Shown: piece by piece, positions 11,861 through 19,188 of the stretch | How positions within the stretch are numbered: position 1 is the stretch's first letter | Layout: the number at the start of each line of letters is the position of its first letter | NCBI GenBank assembly: GCA_041640435.1 | Contig: JBEQAH010000002.1 | Span: 1 to 34,743 of the forward strand | Reading direction: 5' to 3' | DNA length: 34,743 nt | DNA from: a bacterium | GTDB taxonomy: Bacteria; Sysuimicrobiota; Sysuimicrobiia; Sysuimicrobiales; Sysuimicrobiaceae | Program-made: the position numbers and the translations under genes | The notes under the pieces: model-generated | Database searches by the model: none | Told to the model about the DNA's origin: nothing | Seen by the model: the letters and a program-made list of their open reading frames with translations, nothing else

Positions 11861-12397
11861 GTGGAAGCCTGGATCGCGCGGATCTCCAAATTTTCTCACC
11901 TCGTCGCCGTGCTGGCCGCGTGGATGATCATCCCCCTCACCTTTGCCATGGTGTACGAGGTGTTCGCTCGGTACTTCTTCAGCGCTCCCACCACCTGGGC
12001 CTTCGATACCACGGTCATGCTCTACGGCGCTTACTTCATGCTGGGTTCGGCGTACACCCTCGCCCGGGACGCTCACGTCCGTGGCGACGTCTTCTACCGG
12101 CACTTCCCCCCGCGCACCCAAGCGCTGATTGACCTCGTCCTCTACCTTCTCATCTTCTTTCCGGCCATGTACGCCCTGGCGCACGCCGGGTGGTCGTACT
12201 TCTGGCAGTCCTTCCTGGTGCGGGAGACCTCGCCCTTCAGCCCCTACGGCCGGCCCATCTATCCCCTGAAGTTTGTTATCCCTCTCACAGCTGCTCTGCT
12301 GACCATCCAGGGCATCGCCCAAGTGCTCCGATGCCTGGTGGCCATCCGGACGAACCGCTGGCCTGGCGAGCCGGTGGAGCACGAGGTGGTGGCGTGA
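11861..12397 (+). CDS. TRAP transporter small permease (DctQ-like)
   Basis: 178 aa with four hydrophobic segments. GTG 11861 follows GGGGAGG. The stop overlaps the next start as GTGA. Confidence 0.8.
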   Translation: MEAWIARISKFSHLVAVLAAWMIIPLTFAMVYEVFARYFFSAPTTWAFDTTVMLYGAYFMLGSAYTLARDAHVRGDVFYRHFPPRTQALIDLVLYLLIFFPAMYALAHAGWSYFWQSFLVRETSPFSPYGRPIYPLKFVIPLTAALLTIQGIAQVLRCLVAIRTNRWPGEPVEHEVVA

Positions 12398-13719
12398 ACC
12401 CCGAGACCCTCGGCGTCCTTCAGCTGCTCCTCTTGACCCTGGCCATCTTCATCGGTTTCCCCACTGCCTTCACGCTCCTGGGGCTGGGACTGGTGTTCGG
12501 CACTTTGGGCCTCGGCTGGGGGCCCGAGCTATTCAACCTCATGGCCATCCGCACCTTCCAGGTGATGACCAACGACGTCTTGATCTCCGTCGTGCTGTTC
12601 GTATTCATGGGGTACGTCCTGGAGCGGTCTGGCGTGATGGATCGCCTGTTCCACGCCCTTCTGGTAGCGGCGGGGCCCCTGCCCGGGTCCCTGGCTCTGG
12701 CCACGGTTATCACCTGCACCATCTTCGCCATGGCCACGGGCATCATCGGGGCCTCGGTGACCATCATGGGTCTGCTGGCTCTGCCCCCGATGCTGCGCCT
12801 GGGCTACGACAAACGGCTCGCCACGGGGGTCGTGGCGGCCGGGGGCACGTTAGGGATCCTGATCCCCCCCAGCGTACTGCTGATCCTGTACGCGGCCAAC
12901 GCGGGAATTTCCATCGTCAAGCTCTACGTGGCCGCCTTCGTGCCCGGCTTCCTCCTGGCGGCCACGTACGTGGTTTACATCCTGGTCCGGTCCCTGCTCC
13001 GCCCCGACCTCAGCCCGCCCCTGCCAAAAGAGGAGCGCACCTACCGACCTCTGCAGATCCTCGGCATGCTGGCCGCGGGTGTGCTTCCCCTGGCGTTGCT
13101 CATCGTGGCGGTGTTGGGATCCATCGTAGCGGGTCTGGCAGCACCCACAGAAGCTGCCGCCATGGGAGCGCTCGGAGCGCTCCTTCTGAGTGCCGCGTAT
13201 CGCCGGTTAAGCTGGCAGACCCTCCGTGACGCCGTGTACCACTCCCTGCGGACCTCCAGCACCGTCCTGTTCCTGTTCGTGGGCAGTAACATCTTCTCCG
13301 CGGTCTTTGCCCGCCTGGGCGGTGCTCGGGTGATCGAGGAATTCATCGCTGGGCTCGGGCTCACCAGTCACCAGTTCCTGTGGCTGATGCTGGCCGTGGT
13401 GTTCCTCTTGGGTTGGCCTCTGGAGTGGACGGAAATCATCATCATCTTCATGCCTTTGTTCTGGCCGTTGGCCCAAAGTTACAACATCGATCCGGTGTGG
13501 CTGGGGACCCTGGTCGCGGTGAACCTGCAGACGGCCTTCTTGAGCCCTCCCGTGGCCATGGCGGCCTTCTACATCAAGGGGGTGGCCCCGCCCGGGGTCC
13601 TGCTGTCCGACATCTGGCGGGGCATGATGCCCTTCCTGGTCATCCAGGTGGGGGTCTTGCTGCTGATCTATTTCTTCCCCCAGTTGGCCCTGTGGCTCCC
13701 CAGCGTCTGGATCCGGTAG
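12394..13719 (+). CDS. TRAP transporter large permease (DctM-like)
   Basis: GTG at 12394 (VNPETLGVLQLLLLTLAIFIGFP...) opens a polytopic protein of about 440 aa of DctM type. The upstream part of ORF 12190..13719 overlaps dctQ and was discarded. Confidence 0.9.
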   Translation: MNPETLGVLQLLLLTLAIFIGFPTAFTLLGLGLVFGTLGLGWGPELFNLMAIRTFQVMTNDVLISVVLFVFMGYVLERSGVMDRLFHALLVAAGPLPGSLALATVITCTIFAMATGIIGASVTIMGLLALPPMLRLGYDKRLATGVVAAGGTLGILIPPSVLLILYAANAGISIVKLYVAAFVPGFLLAATYVVYILVRSLLRPDLSPPLPKEERTYRPLQILGMLAAGVLPLALLIVAVLGSIVAGLAAPTEAAAMGALGALLLSAAYRRLSWQTLRDAVYHSLRTSSTVLFLFVGSNIFSAVFARLGGARVIEEFIAGLGLTSHQFLWLMLAVVFLLGWPLEWTEIIIIFMPLFWPLAQSYNIDPVWLGTLVAVNLQTAFLSPPVAMAAFYIKGVAPPGVLLSDIWRGMMPFLVIQVGVLLLIYFFPQLALWLPSVWIR

Positions 13720-13738
13720 CCGGGAGGCTCTCAGTCTC

Positions 13739-14806
13739 CTACCTACCCCCTACCTCGCCGTGCACCTCCACCGGCTCTCGCACCGGCCCCCGCGCCTCCA
13801 CCGGCGCCGCGGGTGCTTCCCTCAGGAAGCCCGCCGCCTGCTCCGGCGGCACCGCGTTGATGTAAAAGCCCGTGCCCCACTCGAAGCCGGCCACGGAGGT
13901 CAGTCGGGGCATGATCTCAATGTGCCAGTGATACAGATGCTCCGGGACGGCCGCATACGGGGCACTGTGAACGATAAAGTTGTACGGCGGGTTCTCCAGG
14001 GCCACGTGGAGCTTGTGCAGCGTGGTCCGAAGCGCGTCCGCCAGCGCGGGGAGCTCCTCGTCGCTCAACCCTCCGAAGGAGGCCTGATGGAACTTGGGCA
14101 GCACCCAGGTCTCGAAGGGGAAGCGGGAGGCGTAGGGTTCGTACACCACAAACGCGTCGTTCTCGTAGACCACTCGCTCGCCACGCCGCATCTCCTCCGC
14201 GGCCACCTCACAGTACAGACACCGGGCGTACTCGGCGAAGTACCGCCGCGCCACCTCCAGCTCTTCCTCCACCCGGCGGGGGAGCACCGGCAGCGCGATG
14301 AGTTGCGAGTGGGGATGGGAAAGGCTCGCCCCGGCGGTGCGCCCGTGGTTGCGGAACAGCAACGCGTACTGGAACCGCGGGTCTCGGTCCAGGTCCACGT
14401 AGCGCTCCCGATAGGCCCGCAGGACGTCCGCCACGTGGTCGGGCGGCATCAGACCCAAGTGGGTGTCGTGCTCCGGGGTCTCTATGATGACCTCGTGCGC
14501 CCCTACGGCGTCCATGCGCTCGAACAGCGGCGCGCCCTCCGCCGCCAGCTCCCCCTCGATCCGCAGGGCCGGGTACTTGTTGGGCACCACCCGCACCCGC
14601 CACCCTGGTCCATCCCGGCCGCCCTCCTCCCGGAGGGCGTAAATCTCCGGGGGCGTCTCGTGTTCCCGACCCGCGCAGAACGGGCAGCGTTCGCGGTCCC
14701 AGGCCAAGGGTTCTCGCCCCTTGATGAAGTCCGTGGGTCGCGCGGCGCGCTCGGTGGCGATGATCACCCACCGTCCCGACACCACGTCCCGTCTGAGTTC
14801 TGGCAT
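13739..14806 (-). CDS. GalT-like HIT-superfamily nucleotidyltransferase (galactose-1-phosphate uridylyltransferase / ADP-glucose phosphorylase family)
   Basis: ATG 14806 follows GGAGGAG. Zn-site motif CPFCAGREHETPPE and nucleotidyl-histidine motif SHPHSQLIALP (HxHxQ). It lies 25 nt downstream of glgA on the same strand. Confidence 0.8.
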   Translation of the reverse strand: MPELRRDVVSGRWVIIATERAARPTDFIKGREPLAWDRERCPFCAGREHETPPEIYALREEGGRDGPGWRVRVVPNKYPALRIEGELAAEGAPLFERMDAVGAHEVIIETPEHDTHLGLMPPDHVADVLRAYRERYVDLDRDPRFQYALLFRNHGRTAGASLSHPHSQLIALPVLPRRVEEELEVARRYFAEYARCLYCEVAAEEMRRGERVVYENDAFVVYEPYASRFPFETWVLPKFHQASFGGLSDEELPALADALRTTLHKLHVALENPPYNFIVHSAPYAAVPEHLYHWHIEIMPRLTSVAGFEWGTGFYINAVPPEQAAGFLREAPAAPVEARGPVREPVEVHGEVGGR

Positions 14807-14831
14807 GACTCCTCCGTCGCAGGGAACACCG

Positions 14832-16307
14832 TCAAGAGGGTACCGCACGGCGCTTGGCCAGGGCCAGCCGGTACAGCTCAAGGTAGCGGCCTGCCGCGCG
14901 GTGCCACGAGAAGTCCGCAGCCATGCCCGCACGGACCAGCCGCTCCCAGGTCTGGCCGTCCCGGTAAGCGACCAGGGCCCGCGCGATCGCCCCCCACAGG
15001 GCGTCGGGCGTGTACGCGTCGAACACGAATCCGTTCGCTTCGCCTCGGGCCAGAGCTTCCGGGGTCGCGTCTACCACGCTGTCCGCAAGCCCTCCGGTCC
15101 GCCGAACGACGGGGACAGTCCCGTATCGGAGGCTGTACAGCTGGTTCAGGCCAGACGGTTCGTAGCGGGAAGGCATCAGGAAGGCGTCTGACCCCGCCTC
15201 GATCCAGTGTGCCAGACGTTCGTCGAACCCGATGCGCACTGCGACTGAACCCGGATGGGCTCGTGCAGCCCCCAGGAGGGTTTCCTCCCTCTGGGGATCG
15301 CCGGTCCCCAGCACCGCGAGCTGCGCCCGCGCCTGGACTATGCGCTCCACACATGCGACCACGAGGTCCACGCCCTTCTGCTCCACAAGCCGCGACACCA
15401 TCCCGAACAAAAGCGCCTGCGGCTCTGTCCGCAGGCCCATCTCGCTCTGTAGTGCGGCCTTGCACACCGCTTTCCCCGACAGGTCCTGCGGACCGTACCG
15501 CGCGGGGATCCAGGGATCGTTCCTCGGATCCCAGACGGAGTAATCGACCCCGTTCAGGATCCCGTACAGATCCGCGGAACGCTCTCGCAGCACGCCCTCG
15601 AGACCGCAGCCGAACTCTTCTGTCTGGATCTCCCGCGCGTAGGTCTCGCTGACGGTGTTCAGTACATCCGCGAACACCAGTCCGCCCTTCAGCAGGTTGA
15701 TGCGGCCCCAGAACTCGAGGTGACGGGGGGTGAACAGATCCACCGGGAGGTCCAGTACGGGGAATTGGTCACTGGGAAACAGGCCCTGGTAAGCGAGGTT
15801 GTGCACGGTCAGCACCGTACCCGCGCGGTCCCACTGTGCAGTCTCGGCGACGCGCATGTACACGGGCACCAGGGCGGTCTGCCAGTCGTTGCAGTGCACT
15901 ACATCGGGCTCCCAACCGCATGTTCGGACCCAACGGAGGACGGCACGGCAGAGAAACGAGAACCGCTCCAGGTTGTCCGGGTAATCCTCACCGCGTTCGC
16001 CGTACAACCCGGGCCGATCGAAGTACCGCGGTTGGTCGATGAACCACACCTGGGGACCCGCGGAGAGCCCTGACGAGTATACCGTCGCAACCTTCACCCC
16101 GCCCGGACCGGAAACGTCGCATACGCCCGCGGGCTCAAGCGCCCAGCCACCCTGCCGGACGTGACGATACAGCGGCGTCGCCACACGGATATCCGCCCCA
16201 CGGTCGGCCAAAGCCGCTGGGAGCGCGCCGCTCACGTCCGCGAGCCCGCCCGTCTTCGAGAACGGACTCACCTCGGATGTCACGAACAGCACACGCACCC
16301 ACGCCAC
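14832..16307 (-). CDS. glgA: glycogen (starch) synthase, ADP-glucose type
   Basis: Translation VLFVTSEVSPFSKTGGLADV, HCNDWQTALVP and a C-terminal GT-B region with PSRYEPSGLNQLYSLRYGTVPVV. The start is ambiguous among the GTGs at 16307, 16298 and 16292. Confidence 0.9.
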   Translation of the reverse strand: MAWVRVLFVTSEVSPFSKTGGLADVSGALPAALADRGADIRVATPLYRHVRQGGWALEPAGVCDVSGPGGVKVATVYSSGLSAGPQVWFIDQPRYFDRPGLYGERGEDYPDNLERFSFLCRAVLRWVRTCGWEPDVVHCNDWQTALVPVYMRVAETAQWDRAGTVLTVHNLAYQGLFPSDQFPVLDLPVDLFTPRHLEFWGRINLLKGGLVFADVLNTVSETYAREIQTEEFGCGLEGVLRERSADLYGILNGVDYSVWDPRNDPWIPARYGPQDLSGKAVCKAALQSEMGLRTEPQALLFGMVSRLVEQKGVDLVVACVERIVQARAQLAVLGTGDPQREETLLGAARAHPGSVAVRIGFDERLAHWIEAGSDAFLMPSRYEPSGLNQLYSLRYGTVPVVRRTGGLADSVVDATPEALARGEANGFVFDAYTPDALWGAIARALVAYRDGQTWERLVRAGMAADFSWHRAAGRYLELYRLALAKRRAVPS

Positions 16308-16380
16308 CCGTACAAAAGCCTAACTCCGCCGCACCGCCACCCGCTGTGCGCGTTCTCACCGGGTTTAAAACGCAAATTAC

Positions 16381-16410
16381 TTGACAGCCCGCAGGACACG
16401 CGTGGAACAT
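16381..16410 (+). promoter_or_regulatory. candidate sigma-70-type promoter facing the micro-ORF / HD-GYP genes
   Basis: A perfect TTGACA (16381-16386) follows an AT-rich stretch (TTTAAAACGCAAATTAC). After an 18-nt spacer comes a weak -10, GAACAT (16405-16410). Confidence 0.25.
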
Positions 16411-16619
16411 GCGAGCAAGAACGCGCTTGCCGCACGCTTCGCGGGCCACTCGTTAAGCTCGACGATGCCAGCGATCGTCGGCAGCTAGGTTGTCGTGCAC
16501 GGGTCACCGAACCCGCGCAACGGTGTGTATACCCGGAGTGGTCTCCACGTAGACCCTCCGACTTTCGCGCAGATCTTAGAGCAACTTGCGTGCCGCGTCA
16601 AGTAAAGTTCGTCTAGGTC

Positions 16620-16645
16620 ATTGTAACGTCCGATTGTAACGTCCG
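16620..16645 (+). repeat. perfect tandem direct repeat, 2 x ATTGTAACGTCCG
   Basis: Read directly: 16620-16632 and 16633-16645 are identical 13-mers, head to tail, 58 nt upstream of the micro-ORF ATG. Confidence 0.9.
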
Positions 16646-16703
16646 TGGGCGTCTGAACGCCTGCGGTCTCCGGGAAACCAACACGAAGGAAGGAGGAGTT
16701 GCG

Positions 16704-16790
16704 ATGAACAAGTGGGGCAAGCTGGCGCTGCTGCTGTCTACCCTGGCTTCGCTGCTGCTGACCGCCGCCGCCTCAGGGAAGTGGGGCTAA
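16704..16790 (+). CDS. 28-aa hydrophobic micro-protein (MNKWGKLALLLSTLASLLLTAAASGKWG)
   Basis: Not in the ORF track because it is too short. ATG 16704 follows GGAAGGAGGAG by 6 nt. One 17-residue hydrophobic core is flanked by mirrored KWGK / GKWG ends. Stop TAA at 16788-16790. Confidence 0.4.
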   Translation: MNKWGKLALLLSTLASLLLTAAASGKWG

Positions 16791-16877
16791 CGGCCTTGCA
16801 GGCAATTCGAGCCTAAATTTACGATTCCCGTCCGCTAAGGCATGCTTTTTGCTCCTCCGGACAGAAGGAGGGCGGGC

Positions 16878-18263
16878 ATGCCTCTATCTTTCTGGTTGGT
16901 CATTGCACTCGGCCTCGGGCTCTGCCTGACCGCAGCGGCTCACTCCGTTTTTGCGCTCAGCAATAGCGCGGGTCAGCTGTCGCCGCTGCACGCCGCTGCT
17001 CTCATGGCCGTCACATTTCTGGCCATTGTATTGGAACTCCGCCCCACCCGCCTCCACGTTGGCCGCGAAATCATCGAGGTAACGCTAACCTCCGCACTGG
17101 CGTTGCCTCTCCTCCTCCTTGCAGGCTGGCCCTATGCCGTCGCCGTTCACATGTTCGCTACTGCCGCATCCGACCTTCAGGTACGTAAGGCCTGGTACAA
17201 GGTTCTGTACAACGCAGGAAATCTTGGGTGGTCGCTGTGGCTTGCCGGCAACCTCTACACGTTTCTCACCTCTGGCCGCGCGTTCAACGAGGGCATGCCG
17301 ACCACGTTGGCCGCGTCTGTGCTCGCCGGGCTCGTATTCACCGCGAGCAACACGTTCCTTGTAGCTCTTCCGGTGGCTGCGGTCCAGGGCCTTCCGTATC
17401 GTGCCGTCTTCGTCCCGTACTTCCGGGCGGTGAGCCCCTTCTTCGCGGGAGTCACCTCCCTCTCAGTGGCCATAGCCTCTCTCTGGCACATCCACCCTCT
17501 CGCGGCCACCCTCCTCCTCCCCGGGCTGATCACCACCAAACTCGCCTACGAAAACTATGTTCGCCTCCGGGAGGAGACCGACAACTTTCTCCACGCCCTC
17601 GCGGATGCGGTGGACCTCCGCGATCCGTACACCGCCTGCCACTCCGCCCGGGTGTCCGAACTCTGTCGGGCCCTGGGGGAGCGGCTAGCCCTGCAGGGCG
17701 AGGCTCTGTGGCGCCTCCAGGCGATCGCCCGGGTACACGACGTGGGCAAGATCGTAGTCCCCGACTCCCTCCTGCTCAAGTCCGGCACCCTGACCCCGCA
17801 GGAACACGACCAGATCAAGGGACACGTGGAGGCCGGAGTGCGGATCCTGGAACACGTTAGCTTATACCGGGATTCCCTGGAGATCCTCGCCCAGCACCAC
17901 GAGAGGCTGGACGGGTCCGGGTACCCGCGCGGTCTCCGGGGCGACGAGATCATCCTCCCTGCCCGAATCCTCGCCGTGGCCGACGCGTACGACGCGATGA
18001 CCACCGACCGACCGTACAGAAGGGCGCGAACCCCCGAGGACGCCGTGCGCGAGCTCTACCGCCTCGCTGGTAAGGAGTATGATCTGAACGTGGTCCGGGC
18101 CCTGGAGGACGAGCTGATCGCCCGCGGTATCCTTAAGGAGCCCGTGGTGCCCGCGGCCTTGGAGGCCACGCGGCAGGAGGCGGAAGCGGAAGCGCATGCT
18201 GCTGCTCGTACCGCTCGGGTTGTCCGTCTGCCTCGGGTGGACTCGGGGCGGAAGTCTCCGTAA
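16878..18263 (+). CDS. membrane-anchored HD-GYP domain protein (putative c-di-GMP phosphodiesterase)
   Basis: About 230 aa of polytopic N-terminal region, then HD-GYP motifs HSARVSEL, RVHDVGKIVVP, HHERLDGSGYPRGL and DAYDAMTTDRPYR. I prefer the ATG at 16878 (AAGGAGGG 5 nt upstream) to the ORF-track ATG at 16842. Confidence 0.85.
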   Translation: MPLSFWLVIALGLGLCLTAAAHSVFALSNSAGQLSPLHAAALMAVTFLAIVLELRPTRLHVGREIIEVTLTSALALPLLLLAGWPYAVAVHMFATAASDLQVRKAWYKVLYNAGNLGWSLWLAGNLYTFLTSGRAFNEGMPTTLAASVLAGLVFTASNTFLVALPVAAVQGLPYRAVFVPYFRAVSPFFAGVTSLSVAIASLWHIHPLAATLLLPGLITTKLAYENYVRLREETDNFLHALADAVDLRDPYTACHSARVSELCRALGERLALQGEALWRLQAIARVHDVGKIVVPDSLLLKSGTLTPQEHDQIKGHVEAGVRILEHVSLYRDSLEILAQHHERLDGSGYPRGLRGDEIILPARILAVADAYDAMTTDRPYRRARTPEDAVRELYRLAGKEYDLNVVRALEDELIARGILKEPVVPAALEATRQEAEAEAHAAARTARVVRLPRVDSGRKSP

Positions 18264-19188
18264 CCTCCTTTCGGCAGATCTCCGCCATCCGTGGATCCCC
18301 CTTCTCTCCCTGGGCCTTCAGCTCGCCATCTTCGAGCCCACGGGGCCCGTGCCGCTCCTCCGCGGCCACGAACTCGCTGTCCACGTGGCCTCCTATGCGG
18401 TCCTCGGCACTTTCCTGTGGTTGAACCGCCACCTCCCCGGGATGGCGCTCCTGGCCGCGGGCTTTGCTTGCAACGCCGTCGCCATCGTGGCCAACGGGGG
18501 CCTCATGCCCGCCTCCGAAGAAGCCCTCCGAGCCGCGGGCCGGTGGGCTTTGATGCAAGAGGCAGGCCTCGCACACAACAACTCCACCGTCATCGGACCG
18601 CAGACGAAGCTGTGGTTCCTCGGCGACGTGTTCGCGCTGCCTCAGGGCTTACCCCTCGCGAACGTCTTCAGCGTGGGCGACGTGTTGCTGGCGCTCGGTG
18701 CGCTGGCCCTCGTCCCGCCCCTCATGGGTGCGCGGCCCTTTGAACCTCGAGAAGCCACAGCAGCCGCCGCCACGGTCGGGTTCCTCCTGGGCCTGCTGGT
18801 AGGGACGGTGCGGGTGCCCGCAGCCCTCCGTGAGGGCGCAGAGGCTCGGGCCGTCAGCTCCTCCGAGGGCACCCTCCCGCCCCTCGCAACGCAGCGTTCC
18901 CCAGGACCGATCCAACCCACGCCAACTCCAGCCTCAGGCGGGTACACGGTTCAGGTGGGAGCCTTCCGGCAGCGCGTAAACGCGCAAGCCATGGCTCGCC
19001 AGCTCCGCGCGCAGGGCTACGACGCGCGGCTGGTGTCCGGTTCGCTGGTTCGCGTGTGGATAGGATTCTTCCCAGATCAACTCGCTGCCCGGCAGATGGC
19101 TCAGAAACTCGCCCGCGCTGGCTACCCTTCCTTCGTTCGCCGTGCGCCCGAGCGGGTCAACGCGCGAGCACCAGCACCAGGTCGTTGA
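18196..19188 (+). CDS. DUF5317-like membrane domain fused to a C-terminal SPOR (peptidoglycan-binding) domain
   Basis: The N-terminal ~175 aa are polytopic and carry GGSLRNL, ANGGLMP and FSVGDVLLALG, which I recall as DUF5317-like. A Pro/Ala-rich linker follows. The C-terminus GGYTVQVGAFRQRVNAQAMARQLRAQGYDARLV...VRVWIGFFPDQLAARQMAQKLARAGY is a clear SPOR repeat pattern. The gene overlaps the HD-GYP gene by 68 nt. Confidence 0.7.
   Translation: MLLLVPLGLSVCLGWTRGGSLRNLLSADLRHPWIPLLSLGLQLAIFEPTGPVPLLRGHELAVHVASYAVLGTFLWLNRHLPGMALLAAGFACNAVAIVANGGLMPASEEALRAAGRWALMQEAGLAHNNSTVIGPQTKLWFLGDVFALPQGLPLANVFSVGDVLLALGALALVPPLMGARPFEPREATAAAATVGFLLGLLVGTVRVPAALREGAEARAVSSSEGTLPPLATQRSPGPIQPTPTPASGGYTVQVGAFRQRVNAQAMARQLRAQGYDARLVSGSLVRVWIGFFPDQLAARQMAQKLARAGYPSFVRRAPERVNARAPAPGR

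Noticed and set aside
13760-15652. A 630-aa ORF on the + strand. Similar long ORFs include 491..1897 (+), 11246..12382 (-), 27514..28701 (-), 28058..29335 (-), 28846..30156 (+), 31028..32551 (+) and 33282..34202 (+).
   Set aside because: All lie antisense to, or out of frame with, genes that have clear family motifs. Their translations are Arg/Pro/Gly/Ala-rich low-complexity strings with no recognisable domain. Long stop-free shadow frames are expected at this GC content.
16135-16449. A 104-aa minus-strand ORF and a 151-aa plus-strand ORF (16161..16616) spanning the glgA start and the intergenic region.
   Set aside because: They overlap the glgA N-terminus out of frame and have no SD or compositional coding signal. 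The lower-GC part behaves as intergenic sequence.
16308-16703. Assignment of the structured intergenic region to a known riboswitch or ncRNA class: c-di-GMP-I/II, c-di-AMP ydaO, SRP RNA, 6S, RNase P or tmRNA.
   Set aside because: Only scattered short resemblances were found (for example GGGAAACCA, CCGAACCCGC, CAGCTA). They are in the wrong order for ydaO, and none of the diagnostic motifs of the other classes is present. I keep it only as an unclassified structured region.
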